A DNA stretch of 64,000 nt from an uncultured Gammaproteobacteria bacterium (GTDB lineage Bacteria; Patescibacteriota; Microgenomatia; JAMCZE01), in contig CAZNUP010000002.1 of NCBI GenBank assembly GCA_964576435.1, positions 107,302 through 171,301 on the forward strand. The letters are read 5' to 3'. A program made the position numbers and the translations under genes. The first letter of the stretch is position 1; the number at the start of each line of letters is the position of its first letter. This document shows positions 28,998 through 38,531 of this stretch, one piece after another. The notes under the pieces are model-generated. The model was not told the DNA's origin. It made no database searches and saw nothing but the letters and a program-made list of their open reading frames with translations.

Positions 28998-29804
28998 ATG
29001 GATAGTGGAAAAGTTTCAGCAGAACTTTTTGTTCCTGTTGATGGAAATGAAATTTTAAAACAAACGCTTGAGAGAGTTAATACTTCTGTTGAAGTTAAGA
29101 CTTTATGGCGAATCATGAATGTCAATGCAATTGAAAGACTAGGGATGACAGATCATGGTCAGGTGCATTTTCAAATTGTTGCTAATTCAGCCCTTCGAAT
29201 TTTAAGACTTCTTAGGAACCACCACATAGAAGCATCAATAACAAAGAATTTTGAGCTTGATTTTAGATATGCCGAGGTCGTAGTCTTTCTTGCTAGTGTT
29301 TGCCATGATCTGGGGATGTCTGTTTCAAGAGAGGGACATGAAGAATTTAGTCTTTTTTTGACAAATGAGATTTTACACAAACTTTTGGATTTTTTACCAG
29401 AAGAAGAAAGAACAATTGTGATTTCAGAAACACTGCATGCAATTATTTCTCATAGAGCAGGGGGCAGGCCTTTGACAATTGAAGCTGGGGTGGTTCGGAT
29501 TGCTGACTCACTTGATATGACAAAGGGTAGGACAAGAGTATCTTATGAAGCCGGGAAATTTGATATTCATAGTGTGTCAGCTAATGCGATTGAACAAGTT
29601 GATATTGGGGAAGGGAAAGAATTTCCGATTGAAATTAAAATTATGATGACAAATCCAGCGGGGATTTTTCAAGTGGATGAGCTGATGGGATCAAAACTTG
29701 CTAAGAGTGGAATTGAGAGCTATGTGCATGTAAATGTATTTTTGGAAAACGATGGGAAGAGGAAATTGTTTAAGAGTTATGGTGATCCTGTATCGCCAGC
29801 TTAA
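28998..29804 (+). CDS. HD-domain phosphohydrolase
   Basis: DHG..H, CHDLG, H, IADSLD. Confidence 0.9.
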   Translation: MDSGKVSAELFVPVDGNEILKQTLERVNTSVEVKTLWRIMNVNAIERLGMTDHGQVHFQIVANSALRILRLLRNHHIEASITKNFELDFRYAEVVVFLASVCHDLGMSVSREGHEEFSLFLTNEILHKLLDFLPEEERTIVISETLHAIISHRAGGRPLTIEAGVVRIADSLDMTKGRTRVSYEAGKFDIHSVSANAIEQVDIGEGKEFPIEIKIMMTNPAGIFQVDELMGSKLAKSGIESYVHVNVFLENDGKRKLFKSYGDPVSPA

Positions 29805-30792
29805 TCAATTCGTCTACTAGTTTCTCTTGTGATAGACCACTTGCTTCCCAAAGTTTTGGATACATGCTGGAGTTTGTGAACCCAGGGATTGTATTTAATT
29901 CATTTACTAATATTTTCCCATTTGGAGTTAGGAAGAAATCAACTCTCGCCATTCCTTCACAGCACAGGACTTTGAAGACTTTAATCGCAAGGTTCTGAAA
30001 TTCCTTTATTTTTTCTTTAGATAACTTTGCAGCAGGAATATCTATTTTTAGACTTTTACCGTCAATATATTTAGCTTCATAGTCATACCAATCGTGGGAG
30101 GTTATGACCTCCCCAGGAAGTGAGGCCTTAGGGTCTTTATTGCCCACGACTGAAACTTCAATTTCTCGACCTTTGATTTCCTCTTCAATAATTATTTTTC
30201 GATCATAGGAAAAAGCCGATTTTAAAGCTGAATTTAGCTCTTTTATATCTTCCACTTTAGAAACACCGACTGACGAACCCATGTTGGCTGGTTTAACAAA
30301 AATAGGGAAGGGTATATTAATTTTTTCTTTTATATGTGTTATTGTTTGGAATTTGGCAATTGGTAAACCAGCTTCTTTTAAAAGACGTTTTTGGACATCT
30401 TTATCCATTCCAATAGCAGATCCCAGGACACCTGCTCCCACAAATGGGATACCTGTGAGTTTTAGGAGGCCTTGAACAGTTCCATCTTCGCCATTCGGAC
30501 CATGGAGTATTGGAAAAACTACATCAACAGCAGCACCTTTTTTAGATGACAACTCTTGGGGATCGAATTTTAGTGAATTTGAAGTTACCACTGCTTTGAA
30601 GTCGGATTTTTGCTCTAGTAACTTTGAGGAGTCCAATTTGTGCCATGATCCAGATTTATCAATTCCTATAAGAGTGATTTCATATTTATCTTTTCTTAAG
30701 GAAAAAAAGATATTTTTCGCTGATTGGATAGATACTTCGTGCTCTGCTGATTTGCCACCAAAGAGAAGTGCCACTTTGATTTTTGACTTCAC
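29770..30792 (-). CDS. ddl: D-alanine--D-alanine ligase
   Basis: GGKSAEHEVS, HGPNGEDG, GSSVG, NELNTIPGFT. Confidence 0.97.
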   Translation of the reverse strand: MKSKIKVALLFGGKSAEHEVSIQSAKNIFFSLRKDKYEITLIGIDKSGSWHKLDSSKLLEQKSDFKAVVTSNSLKFDPQELSSKKGAAVDVVFPILHGPNGEDGTVQGLLKLTGIPFVGAGVLGSAIGMDKDVQKRLLKEAGLPIAKFQTITHIKEKINIPFPIFVKPANMGSSVGVSKVEDIKELNSALKSAFSYDRKIIIEEEIKGREIEVSVVGNKDPKASLPGEVITSHDWYDYEAKYIDGKSLKIDIPAAKLSKEKIKEFQNLAIKVFKVLCCEGMARVDFFLTPNGKILVNELNTIPGFTNSSMYPKLWEASGLSQEKLVDELIKLAIQDHHNS

Positions 30793-30829
30793 AGAGAGAA
30801 AGTATAGCGCTTTTGCTAGAATTGAACAA

Positions 30830-32008
30830 ATGAAGAAATTTGGAATGAAATTGCTTTTGGGCTATCTCAGGCTTTTATCTGATTTTCAGCTTTGGAAGAT
30901 GGACCATAAACATATAATTGGAATTACTGGATCAGCGGGGAAGTCATCTGCAAGGGAAGCAATTTATGCTGTTTTAAAAGATAAGTATAAAGTTAAGTCT
31001 GGTCACAAAAGTTTAAATACGGAAATTGGATTACCGACTGATGTTCTGGGATTTGATGAATTTTCCTGGAAGGTTGTTATTTTTGCCCCATTTAAAATTC
31101 TCTTCGATTGGAAAAAATATGATGTGTATATAGCTGAAATGGGAGTTGATAAGCCAGGGGATATGGATTATTTGATTTCAATTGTGCTTCCAGATATTGG
31201 AGTGTTTTTGAATGTCTTACCTGTGCACACTTTTAATTTTCCAGATGGTCTTTCTGGAATCTCCAAAGAGAAAGGGAAACTTGTTATGGCATCTAAGATT
31301 GATGTTTTAAATGCCGACGATCCAAACGTAATTAAGTTTAAGGATAGTCATTCGATTACGTTTGGTAAACAGGGTCAAATTAAGCCGTTTGTAATTAAAA
31401 AAGATGGCTTTTTATTTACTGAAGATTATGGATACACCTTTGCGGCTGCGGCTGCGGTAGGTGAGATTCTTGGAATAAGTTTTGAACAATCTAAAAAGAA
31501 CTTAGAAAAAAATTTGGTCTTGCCTCCTGGTCGGATGAGTGTTTTTGAAGGAATCAATGGGAGTACAATTATTGACTCAACATATAACTCTAGTAGGGTG
31601 CCAGCAATTGCTGCTTTGAAGGCTCTTAAAAAGTATCCTGGGAAGCGGAAAATAGCAGTTCTTGGGGATATGAGGGAGCTTGGGGATTTAGCGGAAGAGG
31701 AGCACAAACTGGTTATAAAAGAAGCACTTTTGGATGCTGATTTAATTTATAGTTTTGGGCCGCTTACAGAAAAATATTTCCCTTTGAATGAAAAAATAAA
31801 GAAGTTTAATAAGATGGGAGAGTTAATTGAAGAAGTAAAACAGCAAGTAAAAGATGGAGATGTAATTTTAGTTAAGGGGTCGCAAAATACAATATTTTTA
31901 GAAAGATTGGTGGAGGCACTTTTAAAAGATAGGGAAGATGAGAAAAGACTAGCAAGAAGGGGTAAGTTTTGGGAAGAAAAAAGAAATCAAACTCCTAAAG
32001 TCCTATAG
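30830..32008 (+). CDS. murF: UDP-MurNAc-tripeptide--D-Ala-D-Ala ligase
   Basis: GITGSAGKS, IDSTYNSS, LGDMRELG, LVKGS; start at 30830. Confidence 0.9.
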   Translation: MKKFGMKLLLGYLRLLSDFQLWKMDHKHIIGITGSAGKSSAREAIYAVLKDKYKVKSGHKSLNTEIGLPTDVLGFDEFSWKVVIFAPFKILFDWKKYDVYIAEMGVDKPGDMDYLISIVLPDIGVFLNVLPVHTFNFPDGLSGISKEKGKLVMASKIDVLNADDPNVIKFKDSHSITFGKQGQIKPFVIKKDGFLFTEDYGYTFAAAAAVGEILGISFEQSKKNLEKNLVLPPGRMSVFEGINGSTIIDSTYNSSRVPAIAALKALKKYPGKRKIAVLGDMRELGDLAEEEHKLVIKEALLDADLIYSFGPLTEKYFPLNEKIKKFNKMGELIEEVKQQVKDGDVILVKGSQNTIFLERLVEALLKDREDEKRLARRGKFWEEKRNQTPKVL

Positions 32009-32034
32009 TTAGGTTAATTTGATATAATCACTTC

Positions 32035-32454
32035 ATGAAATATATTCCTGGTCCAGAGATGGCTGTTTTTTATGATTCTAGCTATTCTACAATTTGTTAC
32101 GGTTCTTTTTCCTTGGGTTCCGGGACAGAGGAGAGAGAAGTTAAGTTTTTTCCGGAATCCAGACGATTGGTTGTTTGGGGTGGAGGAACAGTTGAGGGGG
32201 ATATTGTTGATCAGAACGGAGCGGTTAGTGATAGGGTTATCCTAGAAGATCGAAAAGAAAAGCCTCGAAAAGAGCAAAGGGAACATGGATTGGTCCGCTT
32301 AAATACTAATCCTTATAATGGACAGGGATTGAATAATCCTGGTGTATGGGAGGAATGTTCATTTCTTCCTGGGGTACGTGTCATGTGGTTACCTAATGGT
32401 GAATTCGATAAAAATAAGATTGACGGATATTTTGATAGCGAGAGGTTTATTTGA
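32035..32454 (+). CDS. Hypothetical protein
   Basis: ORF with TATAAT just upstream. Confidence 0.6.
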   Translation: MKYIPGPEMAVFYDSSYSTICYGSFSLGSGTEEREVKFFPESRRLVVWGGGTVEGDIVDQNGAVSDRVILEDRKEKPRKEQREHGLVRLNTNPYNGQGLNNPGVWEECSFLPGVRVMWLPNGEFDKNKIDGYFDSERFI

Positions 32455-32470
32455 GATCAAGAGAAGTGGG

Positions 32471-32644
32471 CTATTTAAGCTTTTCGTTTTCTTTGTGTTC
32501 AGTGTGCTTTTTGCAGTGTTTGCAATACTTCTTGCGAGTTAGTTTGTCCTTATTCTCAATCTTATTTTTAGTCGTGACATAATTGCGGTTTCCACAAACC
32601 GTGCAGATGAAGCCAAACTTGATTGTCGCGTCTTTTGCTGCCAT
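32471..32644 (-). CDS. rpmG: 50S ribosomal protein L33 (Zn-binding form)
   Basis: [25 protein letters not shown]. Confidence 0.95.
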   Translation of the reverse strand: MAAKDATIKFGFICTVCGNRNYVTTKNKIENKDKLTRKKYCKHCKKHTEHKENEKLK

Positions 32645-32692
32645 GTGACTTGAATTATACCTGATTATGGTCCGGAAATCAAAGATGGTAAA

Positions 32693-33148
32693 ATGCGTCC
32701 CATGACGCATTTGACTAATCTAAGAGTAAACTTGGAAACTGAAAAAAATCGCCTTTTGCAGAAACTTAAACAGGAAGAAGAAATTCGGGATTCGGCTCCT
32801 TCAGCCATGGAATCACATTCCGATACGACAAGGCACAGATATGAGGAGTCTGTGCGCAATCTAAAAAATAAAATTGATGAAATAGACCAGTGTTTAAAGA
32901 TTGTTCCGAAGAGTATTCACTCTAATGCTGTCGCTGTTCTTTGGAGTAAAGTAATTTTGGAAACTAATAATCAAAGACAGGAATTTATTCTGGTACCAGA
33001 TGGTATTGGAGGAAGAAAACTTGATAATGGCATTGTTCTTCTTTCAACCTCATCTCCACTTGGAAAGGTGGTATTAGATAAACGATTAGGTGACACATTT
33101 ACTTTTAATCAGAAGAAATTCACTGTACTAGCGGTGACTGATGAATGA
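32693..33148 (+). CDS. GreA/GreB-like protein
   Basis: Coiled coil with ESHSD tip; [18 protein letters not shown]. Confidence 0.8.
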   Translation: MRPMTHLTNLRVNLETEKNRLLQKLKQEEEIRDSAPSAMESHSDTTRHRYEESVRNLKNKIDEIDQCLKIVPKSIHSNAVAVLWSKVILETNNQRQEFILVPDGIGGRKLDNGIVLLSTSSPLGKVVLDKRLGDTFTFNQKKFTVLAVTDE

Positions 33149-33839
33149 TTTCTTCGGTAATTGAGCTGGCTAAAGAATCCATGTATTGACCTATTTTTTC
33201 TCGAGGCATACTTTCAATTTGTAATTCGTGCCAGTTAATACTGCGTCCATATGCTTGTTTGAGTTTGTTTACTGTTTTTATATAACAATTAATCCTGGTT
33301 TCGTTTGCAGCGACTGTCTTTGGGTCATTGGTCGAATCAAGTCCTCTTTTTATAAGTCTAGCATGTAAATCTTCTGCTGAGGATTTAAGGACTATTTGAT
33401 TTCTTGGGATTACATTTGCATTAAGCACTCCTGATAATATTAATCTTTCTGTCATTTCATAAACTTTGCTCGATCTTTCGGCTAAACAAAAAGCGATTGG
33501 GCGTATTTGAGACGAATTCATGATAACCCATTTACCTTCCTGAAGTGCTGGAAGAATTATTTCTGAAAAGTTTCTTCTGAAAGCTCCGAGATAGAACTTG
33601 TTTATAATTTCAGGGTCAAGTGAGTATCCACCTATTTTTTTGAACCTATCATAAAGATTCCCAGCACTATGACTGGTTTCGAATAAATTTGGAGCACATA
33701 CGACAACCCTCTCGTTTGTTTTGTACTGTAGGTTTCTTGCTAAGTGTGTTGATAAAGTGTCTTTTCCGGACCCATCGGGTCCATCGATACCAATTAATTT
33801 ATTATGGGGATAAACCGAAATTTCCGCTGTTGTGTTCAT
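33120..33839 (-). CDS. Thymidylate/dNMP kinase-like P-loop protein
   Basis: IGIDGPDGSGKDT, IILPALQEGKWVI. Confidence 0.8.
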   Translation of the reverse strand: MNTTAEISVYPHNKLIGIDGPDGSGKDTLSTHLARNLQYKTNERVVVCAPNLFETSHSAGNLYDRFKKIGGYSLDPEIINKFYLGAFRRNFSEIILPALQEGKWVIMNSSQIRPIAFCLAERSSKVYEMTERLILSGVLNANVIPRNQIVLKSSAEDLHARLIKRGLDSTNDPKTVAANETRINCYIKTVNKLKQAYGRSINWHELQIESMPREKIGQYMDSLASSITEEIIHQSPLVQ

Positions 33840-34927
33840 GGGTAAATATTGGTGGACATGTTTTTATATGATTGAGATATTTCATGTGGGACGCTGCCAG
33901 GTTTATCGGTCAAGAGAAGGAACTCGTCGATGGAAAATCTCGTTTTTCCCTCAGTGGCTACATCTAAACATGTTCCAACCTGGCCGTTTTCGATTCGTAG
34001 TCCGTAGAATTTCTCTCGACACTCATCGGTCCCTTTTAATGGGCATTGATCGCACATGTTTGGTATATAAATCTCTCCGAACTCTTTCACTCTAAAATTG
34101 CCGAAATTTGATATATAATTTTTTCCAGAGCCACTGCTGTCGCCGATGGCTTTGTCTATTGAAATGAGTTGTGCTCCTGACCGTGTTATTACTTCACCAA
34201 GGACTATGTCAGAGGCATCTTTGTGATTCAAATTTCTTTGTAGGCGGCATTTTATACCTAGTTTGTGACATAGTTTTATGATGTTGATTGTTGTATCTGC
34301 ATCGCGTACGACGGTATTGGCTGCTATTTTTAGTGAGGATGTCGCGCTGTATTCTGCAGCTGCTTCTAGATTCGTTTGCTTGTTTTTTAAGCGGGTAGCT
34401 GCATAATTAAGTGCAATATCATGTGAGTTATTTCTAGCTAGCCCTTGAGCAATCAAGTCCATTGCTAAATATTCTTCACACGTTAATGCGTGTAAGGAAA
34501 AGTTGATTTTATCGATACCGGAGGTCATGATATTTTTGAATATTTTGGGGGCAATTTCTCCGTTAGTTGTCATCCCTACAACAACACCAGATTGCTTAAA
34601 TGCCGAAATTATTTCGACAATTTCAGGATGAATGGTTGGTTCACCTCCAGTCAAATGAACATGTGAGTTTCCTATTTTTTTAGCAACCTCAGCCACTTTT
34701 GGTACATCAGTAACTCTGAAGGGGTGGGTCAAGCGTTCAACAAGGGGAAGACTTTTGGATCTTTTCATCCAATCACTGAGAATGGGATTTAGGGTTCCAT
34801 CTTTATCTTTTGCTGTGTTGCCTTCAAGATGACAAAAGTCGCATCCAGATTGGCAGGATGTTGTCATGATGAGTCTAATATCTCCGCCGGATTTGTACCG
34901 CATTGTGGGATTGAATTCGGCATTCAT
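33836..34927 (-). CDS. MoaA-like radical SAM enzyme with C-terminal Cys cluster
   Basis: CQSGCDFCH, LTGGEP, MTTNG, CDQC...C...YGLR...C. Confidence 0.9.
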   Translation of the reverse strand: MNAEFNPTMRYKSGGDIRLIMTTSCQSGCDFCHLEGNTAKDKDGTLNPILSDWMKRSKSLPLVERLTHPFRVTDVPKVAEVAKKIGNSHVHLTGGEPTIHPEIVEIISAFKQSGVVVGMTTNGEIAPKIFKNIMTSGIDKINFSLHALTCEEYLAMDLIAQGLARNNSHDIALNYAATRLKNKQTNLEAAAEYSATSSLKIAANTVVRDADTTINIIKLCHKLGIKCRLQRNLNHKDASDIVLGEVITRSGAQLISIDKAIGDSSGSGKNYISNFGNFRVKEFGEIYIPNMCDQCPLKGTDECREKFYGLRIENGQVGTCLDVATEGKTRFSIDEFLLLTDKPGSVPHEISQSYKNMSTNIYP

Positions 34928-34963
34928 ATAAATATAATATCCTATAGTTTTAAATATGTCAAT

Positions 34964-35413
34964 TTATTCTACTTTTAGAATTTTGATCTTTTTATCCGGG
35001 ATTATGTCTCCTTGCTTTTTCCCCTGGATGGCTTTACCTATAGGTGATTCAGGGGTGACAAGTGTAATGCCGTGAAGATCGACCATTGTATTTGTAAAGT
35101 AGAATGTGAGGGTGTCTCTATCTTTCCCAATACCTTGTTCAATTTCAACATAACAGATGGGTGAAACTGTTTCTGAGACCTCGTCAGTAGTGGCATCTAA
35201 AGAAGTATGGAGGAGCTGTAAGCGTTTATGTCTTGCCTCATTTAATGCAGCATGAAGCTCTGTTGATTCTCGGTCGCCAGAAGAAGATTTAGAGGTGGAA
35301 GCTGCATTAGAAAATTCATTAGCTTCTAGGCGTGCTCGGGTCGACCCAGTTGATGACCTGTCAAGTGCAGCCGCCACTATCCTTTGTAAAGTTTTTTTCC
35401 TTTCTGAATCCAT
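34964..35413 (-). CDS. GreA/GreB-like protein
   Basis: SKSSSGDRE tip; VTPESPIGKAIQGKKQGD. Confidence 0.8.
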   Translation of the reverse strand: MDSERKKTLQRIVAAALDRSSTGSTRARLEANEFSNAASTSKSSSGDRESTELHAALNEARHKRLQLLHTSLDATTDEVSETVSPICYVEIEQGIGKDRDTLTFYFTNTMVDLHGITLVTPESPIGKAIQGKKQGDIIPDKKIKILKVE

Positions 35414-35502
35414 AAGAAGAGAAATTATATAAACTTTTATTTAAAAAGACTAGTTTTAATAAAATATCAACCTTTAGTCCGTAGTCACTTTTTTTGCACA
35501 AT

Positions 35503-35524
35503 AAAGCCCGGTTTCCCGGGCTAA
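35503..35524 (-). terminator. Intrinsic terminator
   Basis: AGCCCGG-TTTC-CCGGGCT hairpin. Confidence 0.65.
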
Positions 35525-35526
35525 GT

Positions 35527-35742
35527 TTAGCTATTTCTTCTCAACCTAGATCTTCGGGGAGTATGCTCATTGTCTTTCCTTTGATGTGTAGCCTTGTGAA
35601 TGGCCCTGTCGGCTAGTAGTGCTCGATCAAAAACACCAACTCTTCTACGAGGAGTGTTTTGCGTTGTAATTCGATCTTTATCTTCAGATCGAACAGTCGT
35701 GGTTGGAGTTGCTCCGCTTCTTTCGCGAGTGAAATTAAACAT
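35527..35742 (-). CDS. Small Arg/Thr-rich basic protein
   Basis: SD-like GGTGGTGA, own promoter and terminator. Confidence 0.6.
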   Translation of the reverse strand: MFNFTRERSGATPTTTVRSEDKDRITTQNTPRRRVGVFDRALLADRAIHKATHQRKDNEHTPRRSRLRRNS

Positions 35743-35890
35743 TACTTATCTCACCACCCTTCTGAAATAATAAAAAAACCGTAAAGTTTTTACGATTTTA
35801 TCGACATGTTTTACAAGTCGAACTTATTAGTTTAACTATGGGGAGTTTAGACCCTGAGAAGAATATGTGTCAAGGCTTAAATCAAAATAA

Positions 35891-35965
35891 TGGAGCCTGA
35901 GAAGGGAATCGGACCCTTGACCTCTTCCTTACCAAGGAAGCGTTCTGCCACTGAACTACCCAGGC
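35891..35965 (-). tRNA. tRNA-Thr(GGT)
   Basis: Cloverleaf, TT-GGT-AA loop, encoded CCA. Confidence 0.95.
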
Positions 35966-35993
35966 GTTTAATGCACATTATCTGGGAAAGTCA

Positions 35994-36395
35994 TTACTTT
36001 GGCAAGGTAGCTTGACGAGGTAACGCTGTTTCGGGGTGATCAAGGATTCTAGAGATGACTATTTCTGTTAGCTTGTCTTGAAATTGATAAGGAGAGTGGT
36101 CAGTTATAGCTCTCCCCAATAGTGTTTTATATGCATAATCTTTTGGATGGAGTGCAATATATTCAGTCGAGTTCTCGGGTGGCGCTTTATTTTCTGGACA
36201 CAGGAAATATTTTTTAATGCCTAATATCGAACCTGAAGTAGGGTCAATTATTGTTAATTCAATAAAGTCTCCAGGTTTTATTTCAAGAGAACGGTTAACA
36301 TCTGCTTTAATATCTGGGGGTCCATCATTCTTAACCCCTCCGGAGGCTATTAGTTTGGCACGTCTTTCTGACTCACTAAGTCGTCTACGTGGCAT
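35994..36395 (-). CDS. Hypothetical protein, distant GreA C-terminal-like domain
   Basis: IKPGDFIEL..KYFL..IAL..YKTLLGR. Confidence 0.5.
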   Translation of the reverse strand: MPRRRLSESERRAKLIASGGVKNDGPPDIKADVNRSLEIKPGDFIELTIIDPTSGSILGIKKYFLCPENKAPPENSTEYIALHPKDYAYKTLLGRAITDHSPYQFQDKLTEIVISRILDHPETALPRQATLPK

Positions 36396-36457
36396 TTATT
36401 TTTACTTACATAATTATACCTCTTTGGGTCAAGAGATTTTTCAGGTAGAATTAGAGC

Positions 36458-38209
36458 ATGGATATTAAAACTGAGTGGAATTTGAATTTAATTTTGAAAC
36501 CGGATCAATTTGCTTCGGAAAAAGATAGAGTTATTTCTGAATCTTATAAATTCATTGATAAGTGGAAAAATAGAGAAGACTATTTAACTGACCCAAAAGT
36601 TTTAGCAGAAGCTTTGTTTGAATACCAAGAATGGGAAAGGGGAACAGGACTTGCTGGAAGACTGTGGTATTTTTGGAGCTTATCCAGTTCTTTAGATCAA
36701 ACTAATCCAGAAATTAAAGCCAAGCTTAATCAAGTAATTGAACTTTCAAATAAAATTCAAAATGATATTCAATTCTTCGAGCACAAGGTGTCTCGGATGA
36801 AACCAATTGAAGCGCCTGAACTTCTTCCTTATAAACACTATCTAGAGAGATTGTGGGCAAATGCTAAATACCTTCTTTCTGAACCAGAAGAAAAACTGAT
36901 GAATTTGAAAGCCGATTCTTCTTATGGAGCGTGGGAAAGAATGACATCGGGACTAATTTCCAAAGAAGAAAGAGAGGTCATGGGTCGGAAAAAGAATTTC
37001 TCAGAGATTTATAACATGATTAATGATCCTGATAAGAAAACTCGTGATAGTGCAGCTCTTGCTATGAATGAAGTTCTTTCTAGGTGGGTTGATGTCGGGG
37101 AGGCGGAAATGAATGCAATCCTAAATGATAAAAAAGTTAATGATGAACTGCGGGGAATGAAAAGACCTGATGAAGGACGACATGTGAGTGATGATGTAAG
37201 TTCTCCTATAGTTGATGCGTTAACAAAAACTGTTTCCGAAAATTTCAAACTACCAGCTAGATTTTTTGAACTTAAAGCAAAACTTTTAGGACTTCCTAAA
37301 CTCGAATACTATGAGCGGGCAGTGCCTTATGGGAAACTTGATAAGAAATATAGTCTGGATGAAGCTGTTAGTTTAGTGGCTGGGGTTTTTGAAAAACTGG
37401 GTCCAGAATTTAAAGAAATTTTTGAAAGACTTCTTTTAAATGGACAGGTTGATGTCTATCCAAAAAAGGGGAAGCGGGGAGGGGCATTTTGTTCACACAA
37501 CCTTGTTGTAGAACCAACATATGTGCTTATGAACTTTAATGACAAATTGGAATCAGTTTTAACACTTGCTCATGAATTTGGTCATGCAATTAATAATGAA
37601 CTAATGAGAGGGCAAAGTGCATTCTATTTCCATACAAGTTTAGCGACAGCTGAAGTAGCTAGTACTTTTTTCGAAGGATTTGTTCTTTCTGAACTTTTAA
37701 AAGAAGCTGATGATGAATTACGACTTGCCTTAATGGTCAAACAACTTGACGACGATATGGGAACAATCTTTAGACAAGTTGCGATGTACAACTTTGAAAA
37801 AGAACTCCACAATGCCTTTAAAGAAAAGGGGTATTTAGCAAAAGAAGAAATTGGAAAGATGTGGCTTGATAATGCGATTTCTTCAATGGGGCCATTTGTG
37901 AATGCAACGCCGGGATCTGAAAATTGGTGGCTATATGTTCCTCACATTAGAGACTTTTTTTATGTCTATTCTTATGCATCTGGTCAACTAATTTCTAAGG
38001 CAATGCAAAAGAAGGTTAAAGAGAAACCGGAATTTATATTGAAAGTAAAAGAATTTTTAGCATCAGGTACATCTAAGTCACCAAAAGATCTTTTTATGGA
38101 CATGGGAATAGATGTTTCGGATCAAAAGTTTTGGGAAGAGGGAATTATGGAGATAGAAAATGAACTAGGTCAGATTGAAGAGTTGGCCAAAAATATGGGA
38201 AAGATTTAA
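36458..38209 (+). CDS. pepF: Oligoendopeptidase F (M3B)
   Basis: TLAHEFGH, AEVAS, PH..FYVYSYA. Confidence 0.92.
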   Translation: MDIKTEWNLNLILKPDQFASEKDRVISESYKFIDKWKNREDYLTDPKVLAEALFEYQEWERGTGLAGRLWYFWSLSSSLDQTNPEIKAKLNQVIELSNKIQNDIQFFEHKVSRMKPIEAPELLPYKHYLERLWANAKYLLSEPEEKLMNLKADSSYGAWERMTSGLISKEEREVMGRKKNFSEIYNMINDPDKKTRDSAALAMNEVLSRWVDVGEAEMNAILNDKKVNDELRGMKRPDEGRHVSDDVSSPIVDALTKTVSENFKLPARFFELKAKLLGLPKLEYYERAVPYGKLDKKYSLDEAVSLVAGVFEKLGPEFKEIFERLLLNGQVDVYPKKGKRGGAFCSHNLVVEPTYVLMNFNDKLESVLTLAHEFGHAINNELMRGQSAFYFHTSLATAEVASTFFEGFVLSELLKEADDELRLALMVKQLDDDMGTIFRQVAMYNFEKELHNAFKEKGYLAKEEIGKMWLDNAISSMGPFVNATPGSENWWLYVPHIRDFFYVYSYASGQLISKAMQKKVKEKPEFILKVKEFLASGTSKSPKDLFMDMGIDVSDQKFWEEGIMEIENELGQIEELAKNMGKI

Positions 38210-38506
38210 TCTTGGCGAAGACTCGGCATCTTCTACAGTTAAAATTGTTCTAACGGTAAATTGCTCGGCCCCCTCTGGATAAAATATTTGAGTTTTAGGC
38301 TTATTTGTTAGAGGGTCAACTTGTCCTCTTACAGTCAAACATTTATCTCCACCAAGAAGAAAAAATGCTCCATGTTCGTTATTAGCTAATATCACTCTGG
38401 TGCCAATACCAATTGCTTTTGCAGTGTCTTGTTCACTGTTATTTGGGAAGATGGCATATCCAAATGGTACCCCGCCTCGGGTTATTTCAACTAATCCTGA
38501 ATTCAT
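38165..38506 (-). CDS. Hypothetical protein
   Basis: ORF with TATAAT upstream; 3' end overlaps pepF. Confidence 0.5.
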   Translation of the reverse strand: MNSGLVEITRGGVPFGYAIFPNNSEQDTAKAIGIGTRVILANNEHGAFFLLGGDKCLTVRGQVDPLTNKPKTQIFYPEGAEQFTVRTILTVEDAESSPRLNLSHIFGQLFNLT

Positions 38507-38531
38507 AATATGGTAATTATACTATTTAAGG

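Noticed and set aside
30596-30829. Long N-terminus of MurF
   Set aside because: Overlaps ddl on the opposite strand; 30830 is the plausible start.
33836-34927. Calling the radical SAM protein a viperin or a true MoaA
   Set aside because: Lacks the viperin N-x-H motif before the Cys triad and the MoaA C-terminal GG; no Moco neighbours.
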